A stretch of 32,000 nucleotides of DNA from Methanothermobacter thermautotrophicus str. Delta H. GTDB taxonomy: Archaea > Methanobacteriota > Methanobacteria > Methanobacteriales > Methanothermobacteraceae. Numbering within the stretch: the stretch's first letter is position 1; the number at the start of each line of letters is the position of its first letter. Where the stretch lies: positions 750,001-782,000 of the forward strand of contig NC_000916.1 in NCBI RefSeq assembly GCF_000008645.1, read 5' to 3'. Positions 1 to 8,330 of the stretch are shown one piece after another. A program made the translations under genes and the position numbers. The notes beneath the pieces were generated by a model that was not told the origin of the DNA, ran no database searches, and was given only the letters and a program-made list of their open reading frames with translations.

Positions 1-1232
1 ACCCTCCTGAAGGACCCTGGCTCACCGGTTTCTGTAACAACCGGGATGTACGAACCCGTCCTTCCAATGAAACCCCCCTTCCTTCCCCTCTCAACAACGA
101 GTATCTCCTGGAATGATCCCACCAGGCGTCTGTTTTCCTCCTCAGTTATCCTCATCTTGAGTTCCTCGAGGGCCCTGGAACGTCTGCGGAGTTCCCTGAA
201 GTCTATCTCATCAAGTGAAGATGACCTGGCACGTGGGCGGTGCCGGTACTTTGAGAGGTGTATGAAGCTGGGTTTAACCTCCTCCAGGAGGCTGCATGTA
301 TCCATGAAGTCCTCCCGCTCCTCTGTGGGGTAGCCAACGATTATGTCCGTTGCGATGGATATGTCGGGGATCTCTGACCTGAACCTTTCAACAATCATCC
401 GGAACTCATCCACTGTGTGTCCCCTCTCCATATCTGCGAGTACACTATCACTGCCACTCTGCACCGGGAGATGAAGGAAGCTGTAGACCTTCTCTGATTT
501 GAATGCCTCAACAAGTCCATCAAGATCCCTGAGGACGCTTGCAGGGTGCATCATACCCACACGTATCCTGAAATTCCCGGGGATCCCTGATATCCCCTTT
601 ATGATGTCTGATAGCTTTTCGCCGGTATCCACCCCATAGGCGGCTGTGTCCTGTGCTGTGAGCTGTATCTCCCTGCAGCCACTGGCCACTGCCTCCCTTG
701 CCTCACTGATGATGAGGTCCGATGGATAACTCTGGATTCTTCCCCTGGCAAACCGGGTGCAGCAGTAACTGCAGCTACCATTGCACCCCTCACATATCGG
801 TATGATGTGTATAAGGGGATTTGACCTGACCCTTGGGACCTTCACCTTCACATCTGACGTGAATCCGGTTATGCGCTCAACCAGACCATTACTGGCGGCC
901 CTGACAGCCTGCGGCGCCCTTCTCAGCTGGTGTGGCCCAAGCCATGATGCATCTCCCGAGATGGCTTCAAGTTTAGAGGGGTCTATTTCGACCATGCAGC
1001 CAGCCACAACGAGACCCTTCTCAGGGTAGGTCTCCTGTATCTTCTTTATCCTGTTTATAACCTTGTGCTCCGTGGGATGCTTAACATAGCATGTGTTGAT
1101 AATTATGACGTCAGCATCATCGATTCCTGTGAGCACAGCGCCCTCCTCCCGGAGGACGCCTGCCATGATCTCAGAGTCTGCCTGGTTGAATGTACATCCA
1201 AATGTCTCTATATAAACCCTGATACCATCCAT
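1..1232 (-). CDS. MiaB/MtaB-family radical SAM tRNA methylthiotransferase; the 3' end runs off the left edge and the gene is absent from the supplied ORF track
   Basis: Manual minus-strand translation from the ATG (complement of 1230-1232) stays open to position 1. It reads MDGIRVYIETFGCTFNQADSEIMAG (MTTase N-domain), then IPICEGCNGSCSYCCTRFARG (CxxxCxxC radical SAM motif), then LHLPVQSGSDSVLADMERGHT, and ends in a TRAM-like tail GRTGSYIPVV. Confidence 0.85.
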   Translation of the reverse strand, partial: MDGIRVYIETFGCTFNQADSEIMAGVLREEGAVLTGIDDADVIIINTCYVKHPTEHKVINRIKKIQETYPEKGLVVAGCMVEIDPSKLEAISGDASWLGPHQLRRAPQAVRAASNGLVERITGFTSDVKVKVPRVRSNPLIHIIPICEGCNGSCSYCCTRFARGRIQSYPSDLIISEAREAVASGCREIQLTAQDTAAYGVDTGEKLSDIIKGISGIPGNFRIRVGMMHPASVLRDLDGLVEAFKSEKVYSFLHLPVQSGSDSVLADMERGHTVDEFRMIVERFRSEIPDISIATDIIVGYPTEEREDFMDTCSLLEEVKPSFIHLSKYRHRPRARSSSLDEIDFRELRRRSRALEELKMRITEEENRRLVGSFQEILVVERGRKGGFIGRTGSYIPVVTETGEPGSFRR

Positions 1233-1286
1233 TGGAAATCACTCTTTTAAATGTTAACCTGAAAAAATGGATTTGTGGTCTTCAGT

Positions 1287-1940
1287 TCAGTGGAATTTCC
1301 ATCCATGTTTCCCTATCAGCGGGACGAAGGCAACCCCGCCGAGATTTCTGGACCTGTAGTCGTCGGCGGAGGTCCTCTCAATCAGAACCAGTTCCTGATA
1401 GAATTTATCAGAACCCACAGGTATTAAAAGTTTTCCCCCTATCTCCAGCTGCTTCATGAGGGGATCCGGGATGTATGGTGCCGCTGCAGTCACGTATATC
1501 CTGCTGTAGGGTGCCTCATCAGCGAATCCCTGGCTGCCATCGCCGTGTATGACCGTTATGTTATCGTATCCGAGGCTTCTGAGTTTTTTGCGGGCCCTTT
1601 CATAGAGGATTCCTATCCTTTCAACGGTGTAGAGGTGTCCCTCGGGTCCTATGATTTCAGCTATAACAGCTGCATTGTAGCCGCAGCCGGTACCTATCTC
1701 AAGGACCTTCATCCCGGGTTCCAGGTCAAGGATCTCAGCTATCATGGCAACCATGTGGGGTGCCGATATGGTCTGACCCTCACCTATGGGGAGCGGCATG
1801 TCCATGTAGGCCCTGTGCATCTCATCCTCAGGGACAAACTCCTCCCTGGGCACCCTCTCCATGGCCCTCCTGACGGCCTCAGATTTTATGTATCCCCTCT
1901 CCATGAGGTCCTGAACCATTCTCCTTCTCTCATCCATCAT
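1287..1940 (-). CDS. pcm: Protein-L-isoaspartate O-methyltransferase
   Basis: 217 aa. It has the SAM-binding motif VLEIGTGCGYNAAV, plus QTISAPHMVA and a typical Pcm length and layout. Confidence 0.9.
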   Translation of the reverse strand: MMDERRRMVQDLMERGYIKSEAVRRAMERVPREEFVPEDEMHRAYMDMPLPIGEGQTISAPHMVAMIAEILDLEPGMKVLEIGTGCGYNAAVIAEIIGPEGHLYTVERIGILYERARKKLRSLGYDNITVIHGDGSQGFADEAPYSRIYVTAAAPYIPDPLMKQLEIGGKLLIPVGSDKFYQELVLIERTSADDYRSRNLGGVAFVPLIGKHGWKFH

Positions 1941-1974
1941 GTGACCACAGCAGATCAGCCCCGAAGTCCCGGGA

Positions 1975-2583
1975 TCACACCACCCTGTCTGTCAGGTCAT
2001 GGGTGAATCTCATGTTAACCGGGACCCCGTAGATCCTCTTAATGTTGTGTGCGGGTGCTGAGCCCCTCCTTATCATCCTGTCCCCCGTTTTCATGCTCTT
2101 TATCCTGAAGACGTGTTCACCGATTTTCAGGACGTCACCGACCCTGAAGATGAAGTCCCTGTCGATCTCAACCTTCCTTGAGTAGACCTCACCATGGAGG
2201 TCAACCGAGACACCGACACGTGCAGGTGCCTCAAGTGAAACTGCCCATACCGTCTCGATATCGTCTTCAGTGGCCCTATCAACCCTCTTACCGCTTTTGA
2301 GTTCAATGGAGGTCACCTCAACCAGTTTGCCTGAAACTGTGAGGGCGTCTCCTGCAGATAGCTCCTCACCGGGGTACAGTTCCACCTCATCCCGGTAGGA
2401 TTTCCCGTGCTCACTGACCACTATTCTGTGGGTCCGGGGCTTTTCAATGACGATGCTGTCCCTGAAAACCGTGCCACATTCCTCGCATTCAAGTACAAGG
2501 TGCTTTATCTTCCTTGACCTTGACTCATCGGTCCTGCTCTTCAGGACCCTGAATGATCCTGATCCACAGATAGGGCACTGCAT
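1975..2583 (-). CDS. C4 zinc-ribbon protein with a duplicated C-terminal beta-rich module (possibly the HVO_0476-type zinc finger family)
   Basis: The N-terminus has CPICG...CEECG, a four-Cys ribbon. Two related segments follow: GDALTVSGKLVEVTSIELKSGKRV and GDVLKIGEHVFRIKSMKTGDRM. The start lies 2 nt after the hacB stop. The family name is from memory only. Confidence 0.6.
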   Translation of the reverse strand: MQCPICGSGSFRVLKSRTDESRSRKIKHLVLECEECGTVFRDSIVIEKPRTHRIVVSEHGKSYRDEVELYPGEELSAGDALTVSGKLVEVTSIELKSGKRVDRATEDDIETVWAVSLEAPARVGVSVDLHGEVYSRKVEIDRDFIFRVGDVLKIGEHVFRIKSMKTGDRMIRRGSAPAHNIKRIYGVPVNMRFTHDLTDRVV

Positions 2584-2585
2584 CT

Positions 2586-3098
2586 CTACCCCTCATCTCC
2601 TGATATGCCAGTATCGATTGTTTTGAGGTAGTGGTTCACGAGTCCGCCGTCCTCGAGGATTGATAGCATGTAATCATTGAAGGGTTTCATCCTGTATTCG
2701 CTGCCTGCTGTGAGGTTCCGGATCTGGCCGCTTCTCAGATCGATGGATACTTCATCCCCGTCATCAGCATCGACCTTCGCCATTATAACAGGCAACCCTA
2801 TGTTTATGGCGTTTCTGTAGAATATCCTTGCAAAGGATTCGGCTATTATTGCGACCACACCTGCATGTTTCAGGGCGACGGGGGCCTGTTCCCTTGATGA
2901 TCCGCAGCCGAAGTTGCGTCCGGCGACGATAATGTCTCCCTTCCTGACCTGAGAGGCGAATTCGGGTCTTGCACCCTCCATCACATGGGACGCCAGTTCA
3001 TCCAGGCTGAAGGTCCTCAGGTAACGGCCCGGTATAATCATATCTGTATCCACGTTGTCACCGAATCTCCATACTCTTCCCCTTATGATTCCTTCCAT
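2586..3098 (-). CDS. hacB: Aconitase-family small subunit, probably the methanogen homoaconitase small subunit (coenzyme B pathway) rather than the leucine IPMI small subunit
   Basis: 170 aa with LeuD-like motifs [12 protein letters not shown] and [11 protein letters not shown]. The substrate loop reads YLRT (aa 26-29), which is the Arg-Thr type reported for MJ1271 HacB. Confidence 0.7.
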   Translation of the reverse strand: MEGIIRGRVWRFGDNVDTDMIIPGRYLRTFSLDELASHVMEGARPEFASQVRKGDIIVAGRNFGCGSSREQAPVALKHAGVVAIIAESFARIFYRNAINIGLPVIMAKVDADDGDEVSIDLRSGQIRNLTAGSEYRMKPFNDYMLSILEDGGLVNHYLKTIDTGISGDEG

Positions 3099-3159
3099 TG
3101 TATCTCCCTTACTGGTGTTCTATCTGGTCCATGAAAAACATCATCAGTCATCTTGGGGT

Positions 3160-4149
3160 TCATTTTATCATGAAGGCTCCCCTGTTGCGGCCTCCTGTTA
3201 CTATTATCCTCCCGGGACCCATGATCTCGGCCACGGCTCCAGCCACATTTCCAGGTTTTTCATCGGTGACCGAGTAGACCGCAGGTCCAAAGGAACTCAT
3301 ACCTGCACCTGGAGCCCCTGCAGATATCATCGAATCTATTATCCTGTCGATGAGTGGGTCCTGGAGTTCCCTTTCGATTCTCTTGAAGCCGGTGCCCTGT
3401 ATCTCGTTGACCGACTCTCCGAAGGCCTCTATATCCCCCTCAAGGATAGCGGGCATCATCTTCATGAGTATTATGTGGGAGAGCCTCTCAACATCACGCA
3501 GAGGGAGGGGGCAGTACTCCTGGAATATGTTAACCTCCCTTCTCCCTGAAACGGATCTATCGATTTCGGGGATGGCTATTATGATGTTCCATTCCTCAGG
3601 AAAATCATACCTTGCAATTACAGGTGGTGGTGAGGCACTTGAGGCAGATGATGGCAGAAAGTCTGACTTCTCCCTGCTGCTGTGGCCTGCATCCACTATG
3701 AATCCTCCATCCTCAAAGGATGCCACCCCTATACCTGAGGTTCCTCCCCTTCCCACAATGTGTGCGAGTTCCCTTGCAGTGAATTTCATTCCATGGTACT
3801 CTGCCACGAGTCTTGCCGTTGCAAGGGACAACTGGGTCCCTGAACCCAGACCTGAGTGGGCAGGGAACATGCTTCGTACGGTGAAATGAAACTTTTCATC
3901 ACTCCCTATGTGCTTGAGGGTTCTCCTTGCAGCTTCCATTATCTTTGACCTGTATTCCTCCCTTAGCTTCCCTTCAGCATGAGAGGTGAATTCAACTCCC
4001 ATATCATCTGAGGCCTCAAGGCCCACCACAAGTTCGGGTTCATTGAGTGTGATCCCAACTCCACCGTCAAGGCGGCCCCTCTCACCGTTGAGGTCTATGA
4101 GGGTCAGGTGGAGTCTGGATGGTGTGTTTATGATCAATTCAATTACCAC
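3160..4149 (-). CDS. mptG: Beta-ribofuranosylaminobenzene 5'-phosphate synthase (first committed step of methanopterin biosynthesis), GHMP-kinase fold
   Basis: 329 aa. The N-terminus TPSRLHLTLIDLNGERGRLDGGVGITL and the GHMP motif PAHSGLGSGTQLSLA are present. The GTG start lies 3 nt after the upstream radical SAM stop, with AAGGAG inside that gene's end. Confidence 0.8.
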   Translation of the reverse strand: MVIELIINTPSRLHLTLIDLNGERGRLDGGVGITLNEPELVVGLEASDDMGVEFTSHAEGKLREEYRSKIMEAARRTLKHIGSDEKFHFTVRSMFPAHSGLGSGTQLSLATARLVAEYHGMKFTARELAHIVGRGGTSGIGVASFEDGGFIVDAGHSSREKSDFLPSSASSASPPPVIARYDFPEEWNIIIAIPEIDRSVSGRREVNIFQEYCPLPLRDVERLSHIILMKMMPAILEGDIEAFGESVNEIQGTGFKRIERELQDPLIDRIIDSMISAGAPGAGMSSFGPAVYSVTDEKPGNVAGAVAEIMGPGRIIVTGGRNRGAFMIK

Positions 4150-4152
4150 TCC

Positions 4153-5646
4153 TTAATCCTTTGATTCATTAAGGGGCTTTGCAAAGTGCCTTTCAACATC
4201 TGCCCGGTGTATCGAATTCATTGTGCAGAAGGGGACTATGCGGCCGTCAGGGAGGGCGTAGTGTATGACGCACCTCCTGACCCTGTCGATGTCAAAGTTC
4301 CATGGGTCCATGAAGTGCATGCATGATATAAGGAGGGTGTTGTAGTGGAACTCACCGAGGGCTGTGTAGGACCTCTCCTTGAATATGGATGTGAGTATTC
4401 TCTTTATATCCACTGATTCCGGGGCCTCTGATTTATCCAGGGTTTTCGGGAGTTCTATTGCTGATCTTGCAATCACCCTTGCCTTTGCAGCTATTCCTCC
4501 CTCCTCGATTTCATCCTTACCCTTTTCGAGTACCTCAAAGAACCTGTCGACATCGATGAACCTTGTTATTGGAATTATTTTATCGTCCTCTAGGAATATG
4601 TAGGTTGCTGTCCCGCAGTGCTGGTGGCATGTGAAGGTTACCTGGGGTTCTCCCTCAATGGCGGCCACGAAGTCAGATATCGGGCGGACAGATGATGCAG
4701 GGTAGAAGTCATCCATGGATATCTCTGACCCTGTCTGTGCTTCCACCAGTTTCTGGAAGTCCGGTATCGTTATGCGCTGTTCCTCGACCCTGTCGGCAGG
4801 GGTTCTTCCTGCGAAGGAGACCGGCTGGAAGTTAACGCCTCTTATGATGTCAATGTTGTCAATTGCGAATCTTATGATGTCCCCAACCTGGTTGTCGTTC
4901 AGCCCCCTCACCAGTGTCGGGACAAGGACAATGCCAAGACCAACCTTTCTACAGTTCTCTATTGCCTGCAGTTTTATGGGGAGGAGATTTTTACCTCTGG
5001 ATGTAATATATGGTTCCTCTGTGACACCATCGAACTGGAGGTAAACCGTGTTAAGACCTGCCTCCCTGAGTTCAGCTGCAAGTTCAGGTTTACGCGCCAG
5101 TCTGACACCATTGGTGGCTATCTGCACATGGGTGAAGCCCTCCTCCCTTGCAAGTTTCACAAGGTCGACTATGTCCTTCCTGACGGTGGGCTCACCCCCT
5201 GCATACTGAATCGCAGGTGTTGGAACCGGCCTGTTTCTGCGAAGATTTCGCAGCATCTCCCTTATCTCTTCATAGGTTGGTTCATAGATGTAGTTGGACA
5301 CTGCTGCATTGGCAAAACAGATGGGACATTTAAGATTGCATCGATTGGTGACATCAATAAGACCAAGAACAGTGTGGCTTTCGTGTTCAGGGCAGAGCCC
5401 ACAGTCCATTGGACATCCCTTCAGTGGGTCTGTCTGTGGATTCAGGAGACCCTCACCTTCCTCATCATACTCTTCCGCCTTATGGTAGATCTTGGAATTG
5501 CTCCAGTAAACATTTTCAAATTTTCCATGTTCCGGGCATTCCTTTCTTATTAGAACCCTGCCCTCGTCCTCAAAGACCTCCGCATCAACCGGTCTGAGGC
5601 ATTCAGGGCAAAGACTCCTGGTTTTTTTTATTACCACAACAGTCAC
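4153..5646 (-). CDS. Radical SAM protein of the MJ0619 / tetraether lipid synthase (Tes, GDGT-MAS) type with an N-terminal Cys-rich (rubredoxin/zinc-ribbon-like) region
   Basis: 497 aa. It contains CPECLRPV...CPEHG, then GCPMDCGLCPEH, then the radical SAM motif CNLKCPICF with GGEPT. The family assignment is from motif and architecture memory, with no search run. Confidence 0.65.
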   Translation of the reverse strand: MTVVVIKKTRSLCPECLRPVDAEVFEDEGRVLIRKECPEHGKFENVYWSNSKIYHKAEEYDEEGEGLLNPQTDPLKGCPMDCGLCPEHESHTVLGLIDVTNRCNLKCPICFANAAVSNYIYEPTYEEIREMLRNLRRNRPVPTPAIQYAGGEPTVRKDIVDLVKLAREEGFTHVQIATNGVRLARKPELAAELREAGLNTVYLQFDGVTEEPYITSRGKNLLPIKLQAIENCRKVGLGIVLVPTLVRGLNDNQVGDIIRFAIDNIDIIRGVNFQPVSFAGRTPADRVEEQRITIPDFQKLVEAQTGSEISMDDFYPASSVRPISDFVAAIEGEPQVTFTCHQHCGTATYIFLEDDKIIPITRFIDVDRFFEVLEKGKDEIEEGGIAAKARVIARSAIELPKTLDKSEAPESVDIKRILTSIFKERSYTALGEFHYNTLLISCMHFMDPWNFDIDRVRRCVIHYALPDGRIVPFCTMNSIHRADVERHFAKPLNESKD

Positions 5647-5785
5647 CTGTTAATCTGGATGTTAAAATGCATTGATCAATTCATCGGCAAATGTTATATA
5701 TCTGATCCTTGAAATTATCCATGTATCCTCTTCTTTAAATCTAACCCACTCTCATGGGGTCTTAAAATTTTTGCGAGGTGTACAA

Positions 5786-6301
5786 GTGAATACTGATATT
5801 ATCAATATTATAGATGTTCTCTATGTAATATACTTTATGTTACCCGCATATATGGCAAATATAAGTGGTCTCGTCTTTGGTGGGGGTAAGCCCCTTGATA
5901 TGGGGATAACCCTCGCTGATGGGCGGCGCCTCATAGGTGATGGTGTGACCTGGAGGGGTACCGCTGCTGGTACCTTCGTCGGTTTGGTGGTGGGAATAAT
6001 TCAGGGCCTACTTTCAGGTTCAATAATAATTGGCGTCATTACAGGGCTCCTTCTCGGATTCGGAGCCCTTATGGGTGATGCTGCAGGCAGTTTCATCAAA
6101 AGAAGGCTTAAGATAGATAGAGGGAGGCCTGCGCCAATCCTCGACCAGCTCGATTTCGTTTTCGGAGCCCTGATACTGGTATCCCCAATTGTTGTGCTGC
6201 CCATTGATTACATAATCCTCATAATGCTCATTACACTGGTTCTTCATCTTTCAGCCAACATAATCGCCTACCTCCTAGGTATGAAGGATGTCTGGTACTG
6301 A
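5786..6301 (+). CDS. carS: CDP-archaeol synthase (CDP-2,3-bis-O-geranylgeranyl-sn-glycerol synthase, DUF46 family)
   Basis: It has PAYMANISGLVFGGGKPLDMG and GDGVTWRGTAAG motifs and a polytopic membrane profile. I place the start at GTG 5786, preceded by GAGGTG (5775-5780). The track's TTG at 5672 adds a non-homologous 38 aa. Confidence 0.8.
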   Translation: MNTDIINIIDVLYVIYFMLPAYMANISGLVFGGGKPLDMGITLADGRRLIGDGVTWRGTAAGTFVGLVVGIIQGLLSGSIIIGVITGLLLGFGALMGDAAGSFIKRRLKIDRGRPAPILDQLDFVFGALILVSPIVVLPIDYIILIMLITLVLHLSANIIAYLLGMKDVWY

Positions 6302-6329
6302 TGGAATGAATAACCGATAAAGTGATGTG

Positions 6330-6335
6330 TTTTTT
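6330..6335 (+). terminator. Oligo-T terminator after carS
   Basis: A T6 run about 30 nt after the TGA at 6299-6301. Confidence 0.4.
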
Positions 6336-6530
6336 GAGAGAGTGCTGAAAGGGCGTCATGTGATCTCACTTTTCAGGACAAAAAAAGATGCCCATTTCAG
6401 GATTTATTTCTTTCTTGAATCATACACGCAGAAGCAGAGCAAACTGGGACCTGGTTTCAGCCCCCCTCCTTCAATACATATAAAACCATCTCGCTAATTT
6501 ATCTTGGTGGTTCCACATGGTCTCCATTCA

Positions 6531-7196
6531 TCATGAGAGAAGGGAGCTGCTGCTCCTGAGGAGCTTGATGGTCATGAAAAACACCTCAGGGGGTGATGAC
6601 CACTCAGGAACCTCATAGACCAGGGTTGGGTACCCTGCAGCTGCCAGGGGTCTTGAGAAGAGCCTCCCTGACGAACTTCTGTATTTAGCCCTGCCTGAGA
6701 CCTGGTAATAATTGAATCCATCCTCATTAACCCCTTCAGCGATCTCCACGGATGCCCTGTCCATCTGGGGAGTTGCTACATAGAATCCCTCACCGTAGCC
6801 AGGTTTATGGGCATGTGCAATTACAACGAGGTCATAATCTGACCTCTTTATATCCGGGAGGATGTAGGTGGCTGCAAGACCCTCACCGTTGGCTCTGCCC
6901 CTCGAATAATCCTGTGGACTGTCCTCGACGTTGATACTGTAAATTATAACCTCCGCCGGGAGCAGGGCAAATACACGTCCAGCCCACTGGACAGGAGCTA
7001 TCGATACCTCTTCCCTTGGATGTATGCCCGTTACAATGGCTATCTTTACACTCTGCTCACCGTAGTGGGCGTAGATGTCCCTCGTCACGTACCCCCTTGA
7101 ATCCGAGCCTATGGTTGAATGCTCAGAGAGGTTCAGTACCACGATTGTGGTAACAAGGACCGCCACAATGGCTGCAAGAACAATCATTAACCTCAT
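6531..7196 (-). CDS. Membrane-anchored hypothetical protein; putative HxxE...H zinc hydrolase, distantly AstE/AspA-M14-like
   Basis: It has an N-terminal TM helix MRLMIVLAAIVAVLVTTIVVL. IAIVTGIHPREE and VVIAHAHKPGYG align by eye with IIVAGVHGNE and DFHSTRPGG of the 24761..25555 protein. Confidence 0.55.
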   Translation of the reverse strand: MRLMIVLAAIVAVLVTTIVVLNLSEHSTIGSDSRGYVTRDIYAHYGEQSVKIAIVTGIHPREEVSIAPVQWAGRVFALLPAEVIIYSINVEDSPQDYSRGRANGEGLAATYILPDIKRSDYDLVVIAHAHKPGYGEGFYVATPQMDRASVEIAEGVNEDGFNYYQVSGRAKYRSSSGRLFSRPLAAAGYPTLVYEVPEWSSPPEVFFMTIKLLRSSSSLLS

Positions 7197-7226
7197 GGAA
7201 CCAGCTTCGTCTCATATTTTAAGTGT

Positions 7227-8258
7227 TCATAAGCCCTGGGCCTGGAGATAGTCCTCCATGAGGAGTGCTGTGCCCACTGCAGGTGCCACCACACACTCCT
7301 CCTCAGTTAAGAATTCATCCATGGTCCTGCATTCCAGTTCAAGGACCTCTGCAGCCCTCTGTGCCAGTATCTTCATCCCGAGACCCGTTGTAACAACCTC
7401 CTCGAGGCCCTCACGCTCTGAAACCTCGGCTATCCCCTCAGCTATCTTTAGGATCTGCTGGTGGTAGATGTACTCTGCAACGTCAAGCACGTCGCCCGGG
7501 CTGAGGAGTTCAAGGTCAGCGCATAGAACCCGGGCTATCCTCAGCATGCACTCCTCCACCGATTTCCCGGCCCCATCGGGTGTGCTGCATGTGTAATCTG
7601 ATTCCCCGATGTTCCCCAGTACCCTGTGGACGTCTGCGGTGACTGCGAAGAGTTCAGATGAAACCCTGAACCATTTATCCTGGAGGGGCACCCTGTCAAC
7701 TATGGTGGCCACGTTGGTCCGGAGTGTCCCTGTGTATACCAGTTCACCTGTTGAAAGCCTTTCAAGGTCATTTCTACCCCTTGCAGCCTCGAAGCCGTCC
7801 TTTACAGGGATTATATCTGTTGTGGTACTTCCAACATCAACCATTATGCAGTCACTGCTCATTGCAGATGCTATCTGGGATGTTGCAACCCAGTTGGCTG
7901 CTGCTATGTTCATGGGGTCTGCGAGGGCCTCTGATGCATCGACCATCCCTGAGAGACTCACGTATGCAACTGGAACATCAAAGGCCCCCTCCACCCTGTC
8001 AATTATATCAGCAACACCGGCAGCCTTGCTGGGGTATGCGTCCACCAGTTCAGCTGTCATGCATACCCCCACACCCTCCAGTTCATGAAGGTCATCGCCC
8101 ACCATCTCAAGGAGTGTCTCTGCAAGTTCGTCCTTTCTGAGCCACATCGGGAGGTACCTGAAATCAACCCTCACCTCCTTCATGTCTCCATCAGAGCCAA
8201 AGTCTATTATGGCCATGTCGGTGTTTGCTCCTCCAATATCAAATCCTGCAATCTTCAT
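7227..8258 (-). CDS. mfnF: Hydantoinase/oxoprolinase-fold 'H4MPT-linked C1 transfer pathway' protein, probably the methanofuran biosynthesis enzyme MfnF
   Basis: 343 aa. The N-terminal ASKHA-type motif is MKIAGFDIGGANTDMAIIDF and a second phosphate motif is VDVGSTTTDIIPV. It is adjacent to the mfnD-like ATP-grasp gene. The SD is GGAGATGA. Confidence 0.6.
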   Translation of the reverse strand: MKIAGFDIGGANTDMAIIDFGSDGDMKEVRVDFRYLPMWLRKDELAETLLEMVGDDLHELEGVGVCMTAELVDAYPSKAAGVADIIDRVEGAFDVPVAYVSLSGMVDASEALADPMNIAAANWVATSQIASAMSSDCIMVDVGSTTTDIIPVKDGFEAARGRNDLERLSTGELVYTGTLRTNVATIVDRVPLQDKWFRVSSELFAVTADVHRVLGNIGESDYTCSTPDGAGKSVEECMLRIARVLCADLELLSPGDVLDVAEYIYHQQILKIAEGIAEVSEREGLEEVVTTGLGMKILAQRAAEVLELECRTMDEFLTEEECVVAPAVGTALLMEDYLQAQGL

Positions 8259-8330
8259 GAAACTTCATCTCCATAATCCATCAATCTTGCTGTAGAGTTA
8301 GAGAAATATGCGGCGAATCAACAGTAAAGA

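Noticed and set aside
3350-3889. A 179-aa plus-strand ORF inside mptG. Similar antisense ORFs occur at 3055-3549, 7609-8140, 16316-16762, 27279-27821 and 29372-29773.
   Set aside because: All overlap well-supported genes on the other strand. They lack SD and start context and have low-complexity Ser/Pro/Leu-rich translations.
6302-6530. A 229-bp convergent gap between carS and the 221-aa gene, considered as a possible ncRNA locus.
   Set aside because: It is AT-rich with T6 and A7 runs and one weak imperfect hairpin (CTGAAAG...CTTTTCAG). It is best explained as two converging terminator / 3' UTR regions.
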